From: Paraspadella gotoi
Lineage: Eukaryota > Animalia > Chaetognatha
Reading direction: 5' to 3'
DNA length: 64,000 nt
Assembly: GCA_051294375.1 (NCBI GenBank)
Contig: CM119264.1
Location: forward strand, 31,353,115 to 31,417,114
Below, in pieces: positions 52,540 to 64,000 of the stretch. The translations under genes were made by a program, and so were the position numbers. The number at the start of each line of letters is the position of its first letter. The stretch's first letter is position 1. The notes under the pieces were generated by a model. The model was not told the origin of the DNA. It made no database searches and saw only the letters and a list, made by a program, of their open reading frames with translations.

Positions 52540-53140
52540 CATTTTCAAGGATGTCTTTTCTTCTTTCATAGATGAATGTCATTGGCCTCCAATGAATGTC
52601 TTTTTACATTTCAATGAATGTCTTTTCTTCTTTCATCGATGAATGTAATCGGCCTCCAATGAATGTCTTTTTTTCTCTAAATAAATGTCTTTTCTTCTTT
52701 CATCAATGAATGTCAATGGCCTAAAATAAATGTCTTTTTCCTTTCAATGAATGTCTTTTCTTCTTTCACCAATGAATGCCATCGGCCTCGAATGAATGTC
52801 TTTTCTTCTATCATTGATGAATGTCATCAGCCTCCAATGAATGTCTTTTTTCCTCTCAATGAATGTTTTTTCTTCTTTCATTGATGTATGTCATCAGCCT
52901 CCAATGAATGTCTTTTTTCCTCTCTATGAATGTATTTTCTTCTTTCATCAATGAATGTCATCGGCCTCCAATGAATGTCTTTTTTCCTCTCTATGAATGT
53001 CTTTTCTTCTTTCATCGATGAATGTCATCGGCCTCCAATGAATGTCTTTTTTCCTCGATATGAACGTCTTTTTTTCTTTCATCAATGAATGTCATCGGCC
53101 TCCAATGAATGTCTTTTTTCCTCTCAATGAATGTCTTCCA
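52540..53140. repeat. ~67-bp higher-order tandem repeat built from three ATGAATGTC subunits
   Basis: About nine units of ATGAATGTCTTTTTCCTCTCA-ATGAATGTCTTTTCTTCTTTCATCA-ATGAATGTCATCGGCCTCCA. Confidence 0.9.
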
Positions 53141-54240
53141 TTTATTTTTTTTCTTTCGACAGAAACCGAAAATTTATCTTTGAACATAAATCTTTTTCTA
53201 GCTTAGATTTTCGCTCCTTTTCCTATTTTAAAAACAACAACAATAATAACAACAAAAATAACAAAAACAACAAAAACAACAACAACAACAAAAACAACAA
53301 AACAACAGAAAATATTGACCACAACAACAACATTCAAAACAAAAACAACGAGGACGACGTCATGATCTATTTTTAGCTGCTGCATCAAAATCGCAGCTGA
53401 CGAATGCAGCTTCAAAATCGCAGCTGTATCGAAATAGTATGTCTAGACAACAAATACAGCATAGAAATCGCAGCTGAAGATGACGATTGCTGCGTGAAAA
53501 TGGCAGCCACAGATGACAAATGCAGCATCAAAATCGCAGCTGTAGAAGTCGAATGCTGCGATGATCTAAGATGAAAAAATGGATCAGTGAAAAAAATGCT
53601 TTATCCTGCAAATAGGCCTTGATGGCAAAAAAGCCATGAGGGCAACCGCTGGGATGGCAATAAGAATTCGGACGACAATAAGGCCTTGATGGCAAAAAGG
53701 CCTTGATGGCAAAAAGGCCTTGATGGCAACCGATGAGATGGCAATAAGGCCACTCAGTCTCACATCCGTCGAACTGAACAAAAGAAGAAAATTTGTTCTC
53801 CTTCTGTCAGAAAAGGAAAAAATGTGAGTCGTATTAAAAAGTGTGAAGACGTGAGTCGAATAAGATAAGATGTGAAGAGTAGGGTGGAACATTGTGAAAG
53901 ATATTATAGAGTTTTATAATTTGAATAATATTAAAGTGTTTAAATGATATTTTATATTTAGTTAATAAAATATATAGGATTTATAAAATATCCTGTTACT
54001 ATAAATCACTAAAAAATCGTTTTGAATTAAAAATTTTTTGTAAGAGTTTTGCTTAAGCTTAAAATAATACATAACTATACTTATTATCAAATATTAAAAA
54101 GAAAATTAAACTTTAATTAAATAATATTAAATAGTCTTTTTGAATTTTTTTTTAAGTAAAATTTCTGAAAAAAATATGATAATAAATGTATTTTCATATG
54201 CTTCACAATTTAAAAAATAATATTACGTACAAATTATGGA

Positions 54241-54497
54241 ATGGATAAAGTGCTAAATGGACTGTAGGCTATTATCCGTAACTTCTGTACCCCCTCAACA
54301 GCAATAAAAAAAGTTCTGGGCTTGGAACCAAAGTTAAGCGTTTTCAAAACTAACTTCCCCTTAGGTAAGCACCGGATTAAGAATGAACCCGGTACCTAGT
54401 GGTCATGAGCTGATGGCTTTACTCAATGAGCCACGGGGTTACAACTGAAATAATTATGCTTATTGGCGGGGTGAACTATGCATTGGCCGACTACATA
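54241..54497 (-). mobile_element. tRNA-derived SINE-like family, full-length copy
   Basis: Shares the 5' extension, GTGGCTCATTGAGTAAAGCCATCAGCTCATGACCAC head, core and TTATCC end with 52072-52341. Confidence 0.85.
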
Positions 54498-54892
54498 ATA
54501 TTATTATTATTAAATGGAAAAAACTCATAAACCTATTAATGATACAAATGAATAAAATTTGATACACTTTACTGATGAGACCGAAAACTTGATAATGAGG
54601 CTGAAAACAAGAAAAAAATGAATGAGGATCGAAATTGTGACCTTTTCTCAACTTTTCATTTAATTAAGATGGTGAAGGGAAAAGAGGGGATGACGGACGG
54701 ACGGACGGACGGACGGACGGACGGACGGACGGACGGAGTGACCTGCAATGAGATGTGCTAAGAACGCAATTCGAAAATCTACGCGTGAATGAATTAGCGA
54801 ACCTCATGATTCACTCTTAAATTAATCTCCTGATTCTCACTCTCTCTCTCTCTCTCTCTCTCAGCTCCTCCTTCTTCTCTCTTCTCTCTCTC

Positions 54893-54929
<37 letters not shown>

Positions 54930-55065
54930 TCTCCTCACTTTGCCACCTGTCATGGGGCGTTGACCTCATCACTCTCACAAGCGCCTGGCTTCACTTAGGA
55001 AGTTCGACGACGACGACGATGAGTGAATGATGATGAATGATGATGATGATGATGATGATGATGAT

Positions 55066-55097
<32 letters not shown>

Positions 55098-55420
55098 GTG
55101 GTGGTGATGATGACGATAAACGAAGAGGAATAACAAATAAACAAATAATAAACAAATAAACTATGACGAAATTTTTTTAAAAATAATTATTATTATTGAT
55201 TATAACAATAAACATGACAAGTTCCCTGTTTGTAAAACATATTTTTTACAATAAATGCATAAATACTCCATGCCGATGAGATTATGCAAGGAAGGAAACC
55301 CGTTACTCCGTAAAATTATTTATGGCGTCGCAAAAACGACGACGACGACGACGACGACGACAACGAAAACGATAATGGTCATGAATTTTTCAAAAAAAAA
55401 AGAATCGTGATGATGACGAC

Positions 55421-55453
<33 letters not shown>

Positions 55454-55513
55454 AAATATAATGATGACTACGATTAAGATGATGACGATGATGACCATGA
55501 CTATGAATATATA

Positions 55514-57658
55514 CCGTCGCTCAAAAAGGCTTCCCCTTGGGGCGACTGAAGGAGCTGCCCCCTGGGAAACTCACCCTTGGGGCGATTGAAGAGGGCTGCC
55601 CCCTGGGAACTCTACCCCTTGGGGGGATTGAAGGGGCTGCCCCTGGGAAACTCTACCCCTTGGGGCGACTGAAGGGGCTGCCCCCTGGGAACTCTATCCC
55701 CTTGGGGGGACTGAAGAGCTGCCCCCTGGGAAACTCTAACCCTTGGGGCGACTGAAGGGGCTGCCCCTGGGAAACTCTACCCCTTGGGGCGACTGAAGGG
55801 GCTGCCCCTGGGAAACTCTACCCCTTGGGGCGACTGAAGGGCTGCCCCTGGGAAACTCTACCCCTTGGGGCGATTGAAGGGGCTGCCCCTGGGAAACTCT
55901 ACCCCTTGGGGTCGATGAAGGAGCTGCCCCTGGGAAACTCTACCCTTGGGGCGACTGAAGGAGCTGCCCCCTGGGAAACTCTACCCCTTGGGGCGATTGA
56001 AGGGGCTGCCTGGGAAACCTTACCCTTGGGGAACTGAAGGAGCTGCCCCTGGGAACTCTACCGCCTGGCGACTGAAGGAGCTGCCCCTGGGAAATCTACC
56101 CTTGGGCGACTGAAGGAGCTGCCCCCTGGGAAACTCTACCCCTTGGGCGATGAAGGGGCTGCCCCTGGGAAACTCTACCCCTTGGGGCGACTGAAGGAGC
56201 TGCCCCTGGGAAACTCTACCCCTTGGGGCGACTGAAGGAGCTGCCCGCCCTGGGAAACTCTACCCCTTGGGGCGATTGAAGGAGCTGCCCCTGGGAAACT
56301 CTACCCCTTGGGGCACTGAAGGAGCTGCCCCCGCCCCCCTTGGGAAGAAGAAACTCTACCCCTTGGGGACTGAAGGAGCTGCCCCTGGAAACTCTACCCC
56401 TTGGGGGCGATTGAAGGAGCTGCCCCCTGGGAAACTCTACCCTTTGGGCGACTGAAGGAGCTGCCCCTGGGAAATCTACCCCTTGGGGCGACTGAAGGAG
56501 CTGCCCCCTGGGAAACTCTACTCTGGGGCGACTGAAGGAGCTGCCCCCTGGGAAACTCTACCCCTTGGGGCGACTGAAGGAGCTGCCCCTGGGAAACTCT
56601 ACCCTTGGGGCGACTGAAGGAGGCTGCCCCCTGGGAAAACTCTACCCGCTTGGGGCGACTGAAGGGGAGCTGCCCCCTGGGAAACTCTACCCTTGGGGCG
56701 ACTGAAGGGGAGCTGCCCCTGGAAACTCTACCCCTTGGGGCGATTGAAGGAGCTGCCCCTGGGAAACTCTACCCTTGGGGCGACTGAAGGAGCTGCCGCC
56801 CTGGGAAACTCTACCCTTGGGGCGACTGAAGGAGCTGCCCCTGGGAAACTCTACCCTTGGGGCTATGAAGGAGCTGCCCCCTGGGAAACTCTACCCTTGG
56901 GGCGACTTGAAAGGAGCTGCCCCCTGGGAAACTCTACCCCTTGGGGCGACTGAAGGAGCTGCCCCCTGGAACTTCTACCCTTGGGGGCGACTGAAGGAGC
57001 TGCCCCTGGGAAACTCTACCCTTGGGGCGATGTGAAGAGGCTGCCCCTGGGAAACTCTACCCCTTGGGGCGACTGAAGGAGCTGCCCCCTGGGAAACTCT
57101 ACCCCTTGGGGCGACTGAAGAGCTGCCCCTGGGAAACTCGAGCCCCTTGGGGATGAAAGGCTGCCCCTGGGAAACTCTACCCCTTGGGGCGAACTGAAGA
57201 GCTGCCCCTGGGAACTCTAACCCCTGAATGAAAAGTTTTTTAATCATACTAATGCAACATACTTACTTACTTACATACTTAGGCGTGACCCTAAAAGACT
57301 ACCTGGCTCCCTATGGGGGCGCTTTTAAAGCTAATCTTTTTTGGGAACAATAAAACTTACCCCTAATGGTCACCCCGAGGGTAAAAAAAAATCTTTCCCC
57401 TGGGATGAAAGTAATTTTAAACAAAAAAAAACTATGCTTTTAAACTCTATTTTTTATCAAATCTTCCTTTTTTTGCACCCTTGAGGGATCTGCTATGTGG
57501 CCGCCTTTAAATGCCAAAAAAACTATTCCCCTTGGGGGCATACCTAGGTATATAGTTAGGTATATAGTTTTTGTACACCCCCCAGACGCTATCCCTAGGT
57601 ATGACCCCCCGGCTTCGCCCCTCGCCACCCACAAGGGGGAAGGTTTTTATTCTCACGG
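55514..57658. mobile_element. Non-autonomous TIR element (TA flanks) carrying a satellite array
   Basis: TA|CCGTCGCTCAAAAAGGCTTCCCCTTG ... CAAGGGGGAAGGTTTTTATTCTCACGG|TA; (GAT/GAC)n sequence continues on both sides. Confidence 0.7.
55532..57225. repeat. GC-rich ~40-42-bp satellite (CCCTTGGGGCGACTGAAGGAGCTGCCCCCTGGGAAACTCTAC)n
   Basis: About 40 head-to-tail units with no spacers. Confidence 0.97.
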
Positions 57659-57734
57659 TATAATAGTGACGATGACAAAGATGATGGCAACGAAGAGGAC
57701 AAACATCATCAACAACAACGAGCGATAAGTAGAC

Positions 57735-57870
57735 AAGGAGAAAGATGACAACAACCTAAGGAGAAAGATGACAACAACATAAGGAGAAAGATGACAACAA
57801 CATAAGGAGGAAGATGACAACAACATAAGGAGGAAGATGACAACACCATAAGGAGGAAGATGACAACACC
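57735..57870. repeat. 23-bp tandem repeat (GATGACAACAACATAAGGAGAAA)n
   Basis: About six units. Confidence 0.85.
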
Positions 57871-58112
57871 AAAAGCGCAATGATAATGGTGACGAATTTT
57901 GGCACCGAAAAGTAGAGACGATGACGACGACGATGATAATGACGACGATGACTATGACGACGAAGATGACGACGACGATGATGACGACAATTACGACGAC
58001 GACAACGACGGAGACAATGTCGACGATGACGACGACGACGACGAAGAAGACGACGACATGAATACTAAAGAGTAAAATTCCTCCTCTTGGTTTTTCCAGC
58101 CTAAAGAAAAAA

Positions 58113-58377
58113 GGGCATTATTTTCCGAAAGCGCCCAAATTCTTCTTAAATTCGAAATTAAGTTAGTTTATAGTTTAGTTTAAAGAATAAAGTTAAAAAA
58201 TAGGTTAGTGATTTGAGTTAAGGAATATGTTTGTGGTTTAAGGTATTAGGGTTAAGTTTAAGGTTAAAGATTAGATGTTAGCATTAAAAATTAGGCTATG
58301 GATTTGGTAAAAAATTAAGGTTAAAAATTAAAGTAAAAATTAAATATAAATTTGGACGCTTTAGCAAAAGAGAGCCG
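58113..58377. mobile_element. Second TTAGG-array TIR element
   Basis: GGGCATTATTTTCCGAAAGCGCCCAAAT ... ATTTGGACGCTTTAGCAAAAGAGAGCCG flank a degenerate GGTTAAG/TTAGG interior. Confidence 0.6.
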
Positions 58378-58519
58378 AAGCAACTGATAAAAAGAGTAGT
58401 GGCAACCAGAAAAAAGAGAGGTCACAGACGCATTAGAGAAGTAAAAAAAAAACCTTAGAAAAATTAAAGAAGAAAAGTAAATAATTATTTTTTACTTGTT
58501 TTAATTAAACTAATAAAAT

Positions 58520-58672
58520 AAAATTGGTAAAACCAATAAAAAAAATTATTCATTCATTTAATAATTAAACTATCTTGCCCCTGACTTTGGCCATGCTTTG
58601 GTGGTTTAATGACATAGCAGGTCCCTGCAAGCTTTCAGTCAAGACTGTCTCACAGTCTCGTTTATTCACTCC
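58520..58672 (+). repeat. Unclassified dispersed repeat (inverted copy 61650-61805; fragment ~29070-29125)
   Basis: TATCTTGCCCCTGACTTT..GCTTTGGTGGTTTAA..GCAAGCTTTCAGTCAAGACT matches the reverse complement of the 61.7 kb copy. Confidence 0.8.
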
Positions 58673-58870
58673 CAGAGTAAATGGATTGACTATCTATAAA
58701 GTGATATTATATTTCAAAGAATGTTTCCATTGTACGGAAAGACTACTCAATTAATTATATATTAGAAAATTCTTTAACAGAAAAGAAAAGATTATAAAGT
58801 AGAAAAAAAATATGTTCATAGTTTTATTGTATAAGAAAAGGACAAAGTGAGAGGGGAGAAAGAGAAGTGA

Positions 58871-58935
<65 letters not shown>

Positions 58936-59471
58936 TGCGAAAAAATTAGGGTTGAAGCGACAAGCGATCGGAAGGAAAATTAGGAGAGAGAGAGAAAAGC
59001 GAGAGAAAAGAGAGACAGAGAGAGAAAGAGAAAGAGAGAGAGAGTAGATAGAGGGAGAGAGAGAGACAGAGAGATAAAGATAGATATCGGGCGTTCTCGT
59101 TTAGCGATAAGACAGCATCAACTGATTAATGGAAAAGAAAGAGAATTAATTCCCGTCGCCTCCTTATACAGGTGTATACAGGTGCATTGCGACTCGTCCG
59201 CTTAAACAGGTGCAGCCTTTTTTTATTGAGACCCTTAAACAGGTGCAAAATGAATTTACATTCCTGAGGCAATATTGAGCTGTAGTTGTAAAATGGACAA
59301 AGAGTTTTAAAAATTACATTTAATATTTGCAGGTAAATTTAAGGGTTAAAGGTTGGATACATAATTAGTATTTTTTTTTAAACAAAGCAAACTAATATTT
59401 GGGGGAAGGATTGCAAATAATTTCGATGATGTGAACTACGTAGAAAACAAGATCGGTACATTTAATATGTT

Positions 59472-59652
59472 GCGCTCGTCTTTTATTCTTTATAGTTTTA
59501 GAATTTCCTGAAGGCGGCGCTTGCAGTCTCTTGAATTTTATGTTTTTTCCTGTCTTAACAAATAAGCAACCAGCAAGTTATGAGCATTTTTAACGTAAGT
59601 GTGACTGACCGACGGAGACTAACCGACCGTTCGACAGACCGACAGACCGACA
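59472..59652 (-). mobile_element. HINE/DINE-like family 2 partial copy
   Basis: CTTTATAGTTTTAGAATTTCCTGAAGGCGGCGCT core and GACCGAC repeats shared with the 30.9 kb and 62.5 kb copies. Confidence 0.7.
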
Positions 59653-60834
59653 CATTGGATTAACCGAACTTGTTTAACCTTGAATTCGTGATTGACATAA
59701 CATATAATATAATGATTGTTGGTGGTGATTGTCACTGATAGTCAGCGGTGATTGTCACTGATAGTCAGCGGTGATTGTCACAGATAGTCAGTGGTGATTG
59801 TCACTGATAGTCAGCGGTAAATGTCGATAACCTCGTCTCCGATTTTCACAATTCACGTTTTATGTCACATTCTTGATCTTCCTTCTATTTTCACGAAAGT
59901 TGATCTGACAAAAAAATTTTGATTCAAAATCTTTTTTAAAAAAATTTTGTTTATTTATTCTCTCTCTCTCTCTCTCTCTCTCNNNNNNNNNNTCTCTATC
60001 TTTGTCACCTGTTTCCAAAGCCTCGAAATCGACTTTGCACCTGCTGCCCACTCCTCCTCTTCCCTTTCCCCTTTCTATTCCTCCTCATCTTCTTCCCCCT
60101 CCTCCTTTTCCTCTTCCATCTTTCGCTCTTCCTTCTTACTCCTTCCCGTTCTCTCTCTTCCTCCTCCTCCTATACTCCCTCTACTCCTCCTCCTCCTCCC
60201 TTCTCCTTCTATTCTTCTTCTTCCTCCTTTTCCCCCTTCCCTTTCTCTTCCTCCTCCTTCTCCTCCTCTTCCCCCTCCCCTTTCTCTTCCTCCTTCTCTT
60301 CTCCCACCTCCTTCTCCTTCTCCTCTTCCTCTTCCTCTTTGATTTATTCTTCTCCTCCCTCGATACAGTCGCATCGCTTAGATCTAAAACAGATACGGTG
60401 AACCTCGGATTAATCGATTCTCACGGTATTAAACAGGGGGAAAAAGGTCTTTTTTTACAGTAAGATTAGTTTTTTTCCGAATGAATAAAACTCGGAAATC
60501 ATAAGAGTGTAACAAACCAAACTTTAAATTGGTTAGTTAAGCAATTAATGCAATGAACTGGAGGCATAGAATCATTTAACCAAAATATCTATAACCTTGG
60601 GTCATTGACCTTCAACCTTTGTACCTTGACTTTGAACCTTGGAACTTAACACCTTTAAACCTTTAAATACGGACTTATGACTTTGGATCATTGTCCCGTA
60701 AACATTGAATTACATTGGATCTTAGGGTGGAGTGATGAAAAGATTATGCGAGTTAGCAATATTTTTTGGCTGCCTCTGTATATTTAATTAAAGAAAATCA
60801 TGCCTTTAAAAAAAAAAAATTACCATAACAGTAG

Positions 60835-60987
60835 CGCAGGTTCATTGAGTAAAGCCATCAGCTTATGACATTAGGTACTGGGTTAAATCCCAACCAGGTA
60901 CCTACCCAAGACCCGTTTCATGGCTGCGAGAGGGGGTTAAAAAAGTTGCGGATAGCACTCTTTAGACCCACTGAGCTCCTTATCCAT
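60835..60987 (+). mobile_element. tRNA-derived SINE-like family, internally deleted copy (further fragment ~61955-62090)
   Basis: TCATTGAGTAAAGCCATCAGCTTATGAC head and CCTTATCCAT end. Confidence 0.75.
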
Positions 60988-62530
60988 ACTGGAGAGCCCG
61001 ACGTGATCCATTTTTTATGAGATATCTGAATCTTTAATAAAAATTTAGAAAAAAATCATTTTAAAAATTTATTATTTCATAAGGATAATACTATAAATAA
61101 TAAATATATTGTATTTTGATTTTCTGTTCCCGAAATAAATATGAACAAAATAGTTTTTGTACTCGATAATCCTACCATCTCGCGTAAAATTATTATTGTT
61201 AATTGACTCAAATCAAATTTTTGTTCTCAAGAGCTCCACTCTATTGGATCTTGGATCTTGGAACTTGGATTTGTGATCCTTGTAAATGAAAGGATTTAAT
61301 TTTTGCCTTCAGCGTAATTGCTTACATATGAGAGGTTTTGACTTTTATCATACTGTCCCTCATCATTGCTCATCAGCTTTATCATAATTGTCGTCATCAT
61401 CATCATCATCATCATCGTCATCATCATCTTCGCCAATGGAATCGTCTTCGTTGGCGAAAAAGATTCTTATTGGAAAATCGGAGAAAAAAGTCAGAAAGGA
61501 TTTTGAATTTTAAAGCGAAAGAAAAAAAATGATGAATGAATTCAAGATGGTGGAAAAACTTAAAAAAGACATAAGGTTTGTTTATAAAATTGAAACCGTT
61601 TATTAAAAATATTAAACTAATACCTAATTGATAAAAAAGGGAGGTGTTCGGGGTGCGAATAAACTAGACCTTGAGAGAGTCTTGATTGAAAGCTTGCTGG
61701 GTCCGGTGATGTCATTATTTTAAACCACCAAAGCCTGTCTAAAGTCAGGGGCAAGATAGCTTATTTATCAAATGAAGAGATAATTTTTACGTATGTTGTA
61801 CCAATATCATAATCTAGCTTATGCCTTTCCTTTTTATTCTATTTTAACCTCACCTCCCAAACGCGCCCCCCCCTTTTTTATTTTATCTTCCTTTCTTCAA
61901 GTTTCGCATTTCCCGAGAAAAGCTTGATGCCGATTTTCGCATTGCAATATGTTAACCGGGTACCGGGATCGATCCCAATGGTACCGACCCTGTGGGAAGT
62001 GTGAGAGACGGAAGTCGTCTAGAGAGCCTGGAAATACCTTCAAGCTTGGATCCAAGCACAGGACCGTTTAATTGATGCTGTGGCGGCACAGATGATACGC
62101 ATAGTAATCTTCAGCTTAATTTCATTAGGAGGAAAAAAAAGACATTCTGAAGCAAACTTTTCATTGGAGACAAAAATAAAGAAAAAACTAAGTAAAAAAT
62201 TTCTTTTTATTTAAAAAAACATTAAAAAAAAAGAAGAAAAAATAACTGTTTTTAACCTTTGATGACCTTCATTCCATGAGGCATTCTTGTTGCTTCAAGC
62301 AACAGAACTGGATTTTTATAGCGAAATATCACTTAGTTTTCAATTCCAGTCTCTGTCTCTATCTCCTCTCTCTCTCTCTCTCTCTCTCTCTTCGCTCTCT
62401 CTCTGTCTCTCTTCTCTCTATCTCTCCCTCCAAGAAACGTCTTCTCTCATCTTTGCTGTTGAGTCGTAAACCAGAAGAAGAAAATTGTTCTTTTCCTCTT
62501 TTTTATTTTTTCTTCGGGATTTTTATTGTT

Positions 62531-62790
62531 TTTAAGTTGGGTCGCGAGTTCTTGCGAGCAACTCTATAAGTCATTTTTCGGTCGGTCTGTCGGTCGGTCC
62601 ATCGTCCGATAAGTCTGTCCGTCAGTATGTCCCACTAACTTCATAAGCTGATTGCTAATTTGTCAAGACAGGAAAAAACATTAATCCAGGGACTGCTAGC
62701 GCCGCTATCAGGAAATCCTAAAAACTATAAAGAATAAAAGACGAAATTTCGATGTGGTGCGTATCAGAAATACATGGGCTAAGAAAGTTA
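62531..62790 (+). mobile_element. HINE/DINE-like family 2 copy
   Basis: T-run start, hairpin AGTTG..TCGCGAG-TT-CTTGCGA..CAACT, CTATAAGTCA, (GTCG/GTCY) tract. Confidence 0.75.
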
Positions 62791-62934
62791 TAGTATCATG
62801 AAAGTCATGTCATGTAATGTCATGCCACGAGAAATACACATGATAAGGCGGTCACTGCGGCGCTACACATTTGAATTCCCGTTCTTGTTCTATTTTTCTT
62901 TTCTTTTTTTTTCTCTTCACTTATATTTCCTCCT

Positions 62935-63013
<79 letters not shown>

Positions 63014-63310
63014 ATCATCTTTTCTTCCCTCCCTTCCTCCTCTCTCTTCTCTCTCTCCCTCTCCATCTCATAATTTCTGACTCTCTCTCTTTCCTCCAAC
63101 AACAGTTTCCATCATAATTCTTCGCCTCAGCTTTTCTCAACACGCCCGTTTCCTTGACAACGCGGGATCAACTCCTTCGGCCACGCCCTCTTTCGGTTCG
63201 GCTTTTCAGTGCCCACGAGAGACGCCCCCGCCGGTGATTAGCGCCTCTCTCTGTCTCTGTCTCTCTCTCTGTTCCTCTCTCTCTCTCTCTCTTCCTGGTT
63301 CCAACCGGAA

Positions 63311-63967
63311 ATGTCCTCGCCTCACTGCTTGTACTATTCTGCTCTATCATCTTCTAATCCTCCTCCTCTTCTTCTTCCTCCTACCTCCTCCTCCTCCTCC
63401 TCGTCATGGCCTTTGACGTTCGTGTTCCTGCTTTTTTCTTCTCTCTCTTCTCCTCCACTTTAAGTGCGTGACGCGCTAATGCACGCCACTCCCGCCATCT
63501 GCGCCACATCCCTAAGCGAACGTCATAACTCCACGCCAGCTACCAGCGCCAACCCCTCTAACACAATAACACGACTACGACGGACCGTTTCCATGACGAC
63601 GGCGTCACATTTTCGGATTTCTCTCGAGATTCGTCGCCTCAAAGGATAAACGACGACGACGACGACGAAAACAGCGCCATCTCCGTTTCCGGATTTCAAC
63701 GCCGATTTTCCGACGCCGCTTTTCAAGAGCGCCGCTTCGGATTTGACGCCGAGGATGTCGACGAGGCGGCGCCCTCTGGATTAGCGCACGGCGCCGTGGG
63801 TCGGCGAATCGACGCCGGCTTTGGATTCTCGTCTTCCGGCGCCGGATTTGCTGAGGATTTCGGTCTCTCGTCGATGACGACGAAAACGACGACGACGAAG
63901 ACGAACGTGGAAAGATTTCGAGTCGTGGCGATGGAGGGCAGCACTGTGACATTGGAGTGTTTGACTG
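63311..63967 (+). CDS. Exon of an immunoglobulin-superfamily secreted/cell-surface protein; gene continues beyond the window
   Basis: Stop-free frame 63562-63967 ends VERFRVVAMEGSTVTLECLT-G|GTGAGT (Ig A'-B strand motif, phase-1 donor). Upstream 63311-63561 gives a hydrophobic signal-like stretch (WPLTFVFLLF..) only if indels are allowed, so the 5' boundary is uncertain. Confidence 0.75.
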
Positions 63968-64000
63968 GTGAGTAGAGAGAGAGAGAGTGAGAGAGAGAGA

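Noticed and set aside
54575-54600. Minimal hammerhead CTGATGAGACCGAAA
   Set aside because: No stem I or stem III pairing and no cleavage triplet.
55532-57225. CRISPR-like array, or coding repeat (GRLKELPLGNST ORFs)
   Set aside because: Units are head-to-tail with no unique spacers, there are no cas genes, the context is eukaryotic, and unit length varies so no frame is kept.
55532-57225. Satellite-encoded hammerhead ribozyme (CTGAAG(G)AG...GAAAC in each unit)
   Set aside because: Most units have CTGAAGGA rather than CTGANGA, there is no G-C pair closing stem II before GAAA, and no stem III with a cleavage triplet can be drawn.

Overview
Eukaryotic, most likely invertebrate animal, nuclear DNA from a draft hybrid assembly. 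It is AT-rich and saturated with (GA)n, (GAC)n, (ATC)n and (AAC)n microsatellites and short minisatellites, so nearly all ORFs in the supplied track are repeat read-through. About 1-19.2 kb is one ~7.5 kb locus written out two and a half times from noisy long reads around 25-N gaps, and 35.9-39.4 kb is a similar duplication/fold-back. Well-supported content: a Tc1-type transposon with TIRs and TA TSD, a non-LTR (LINE) reverse-transcriptase relic, a hAT-type MITE with an 8-bp TSD, two Helentron/DINE-1-like (HINE) families, a tRNA-derived SINE-like family with an unusual 5' extension, a GC-rich ~40-bp satellite inside a TIR element, an 83-bp perfect palindrome, two Penelope-type hammerhead remnants, and an Ig-superfamily exon at the right edge. 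Several low-complexity spliced genes are tentatively reconstructed. I found no convincing wholly new biological system; the best leads are the extended SINE, the satellite-bearing TIR element and the microsatellite-coded exons.
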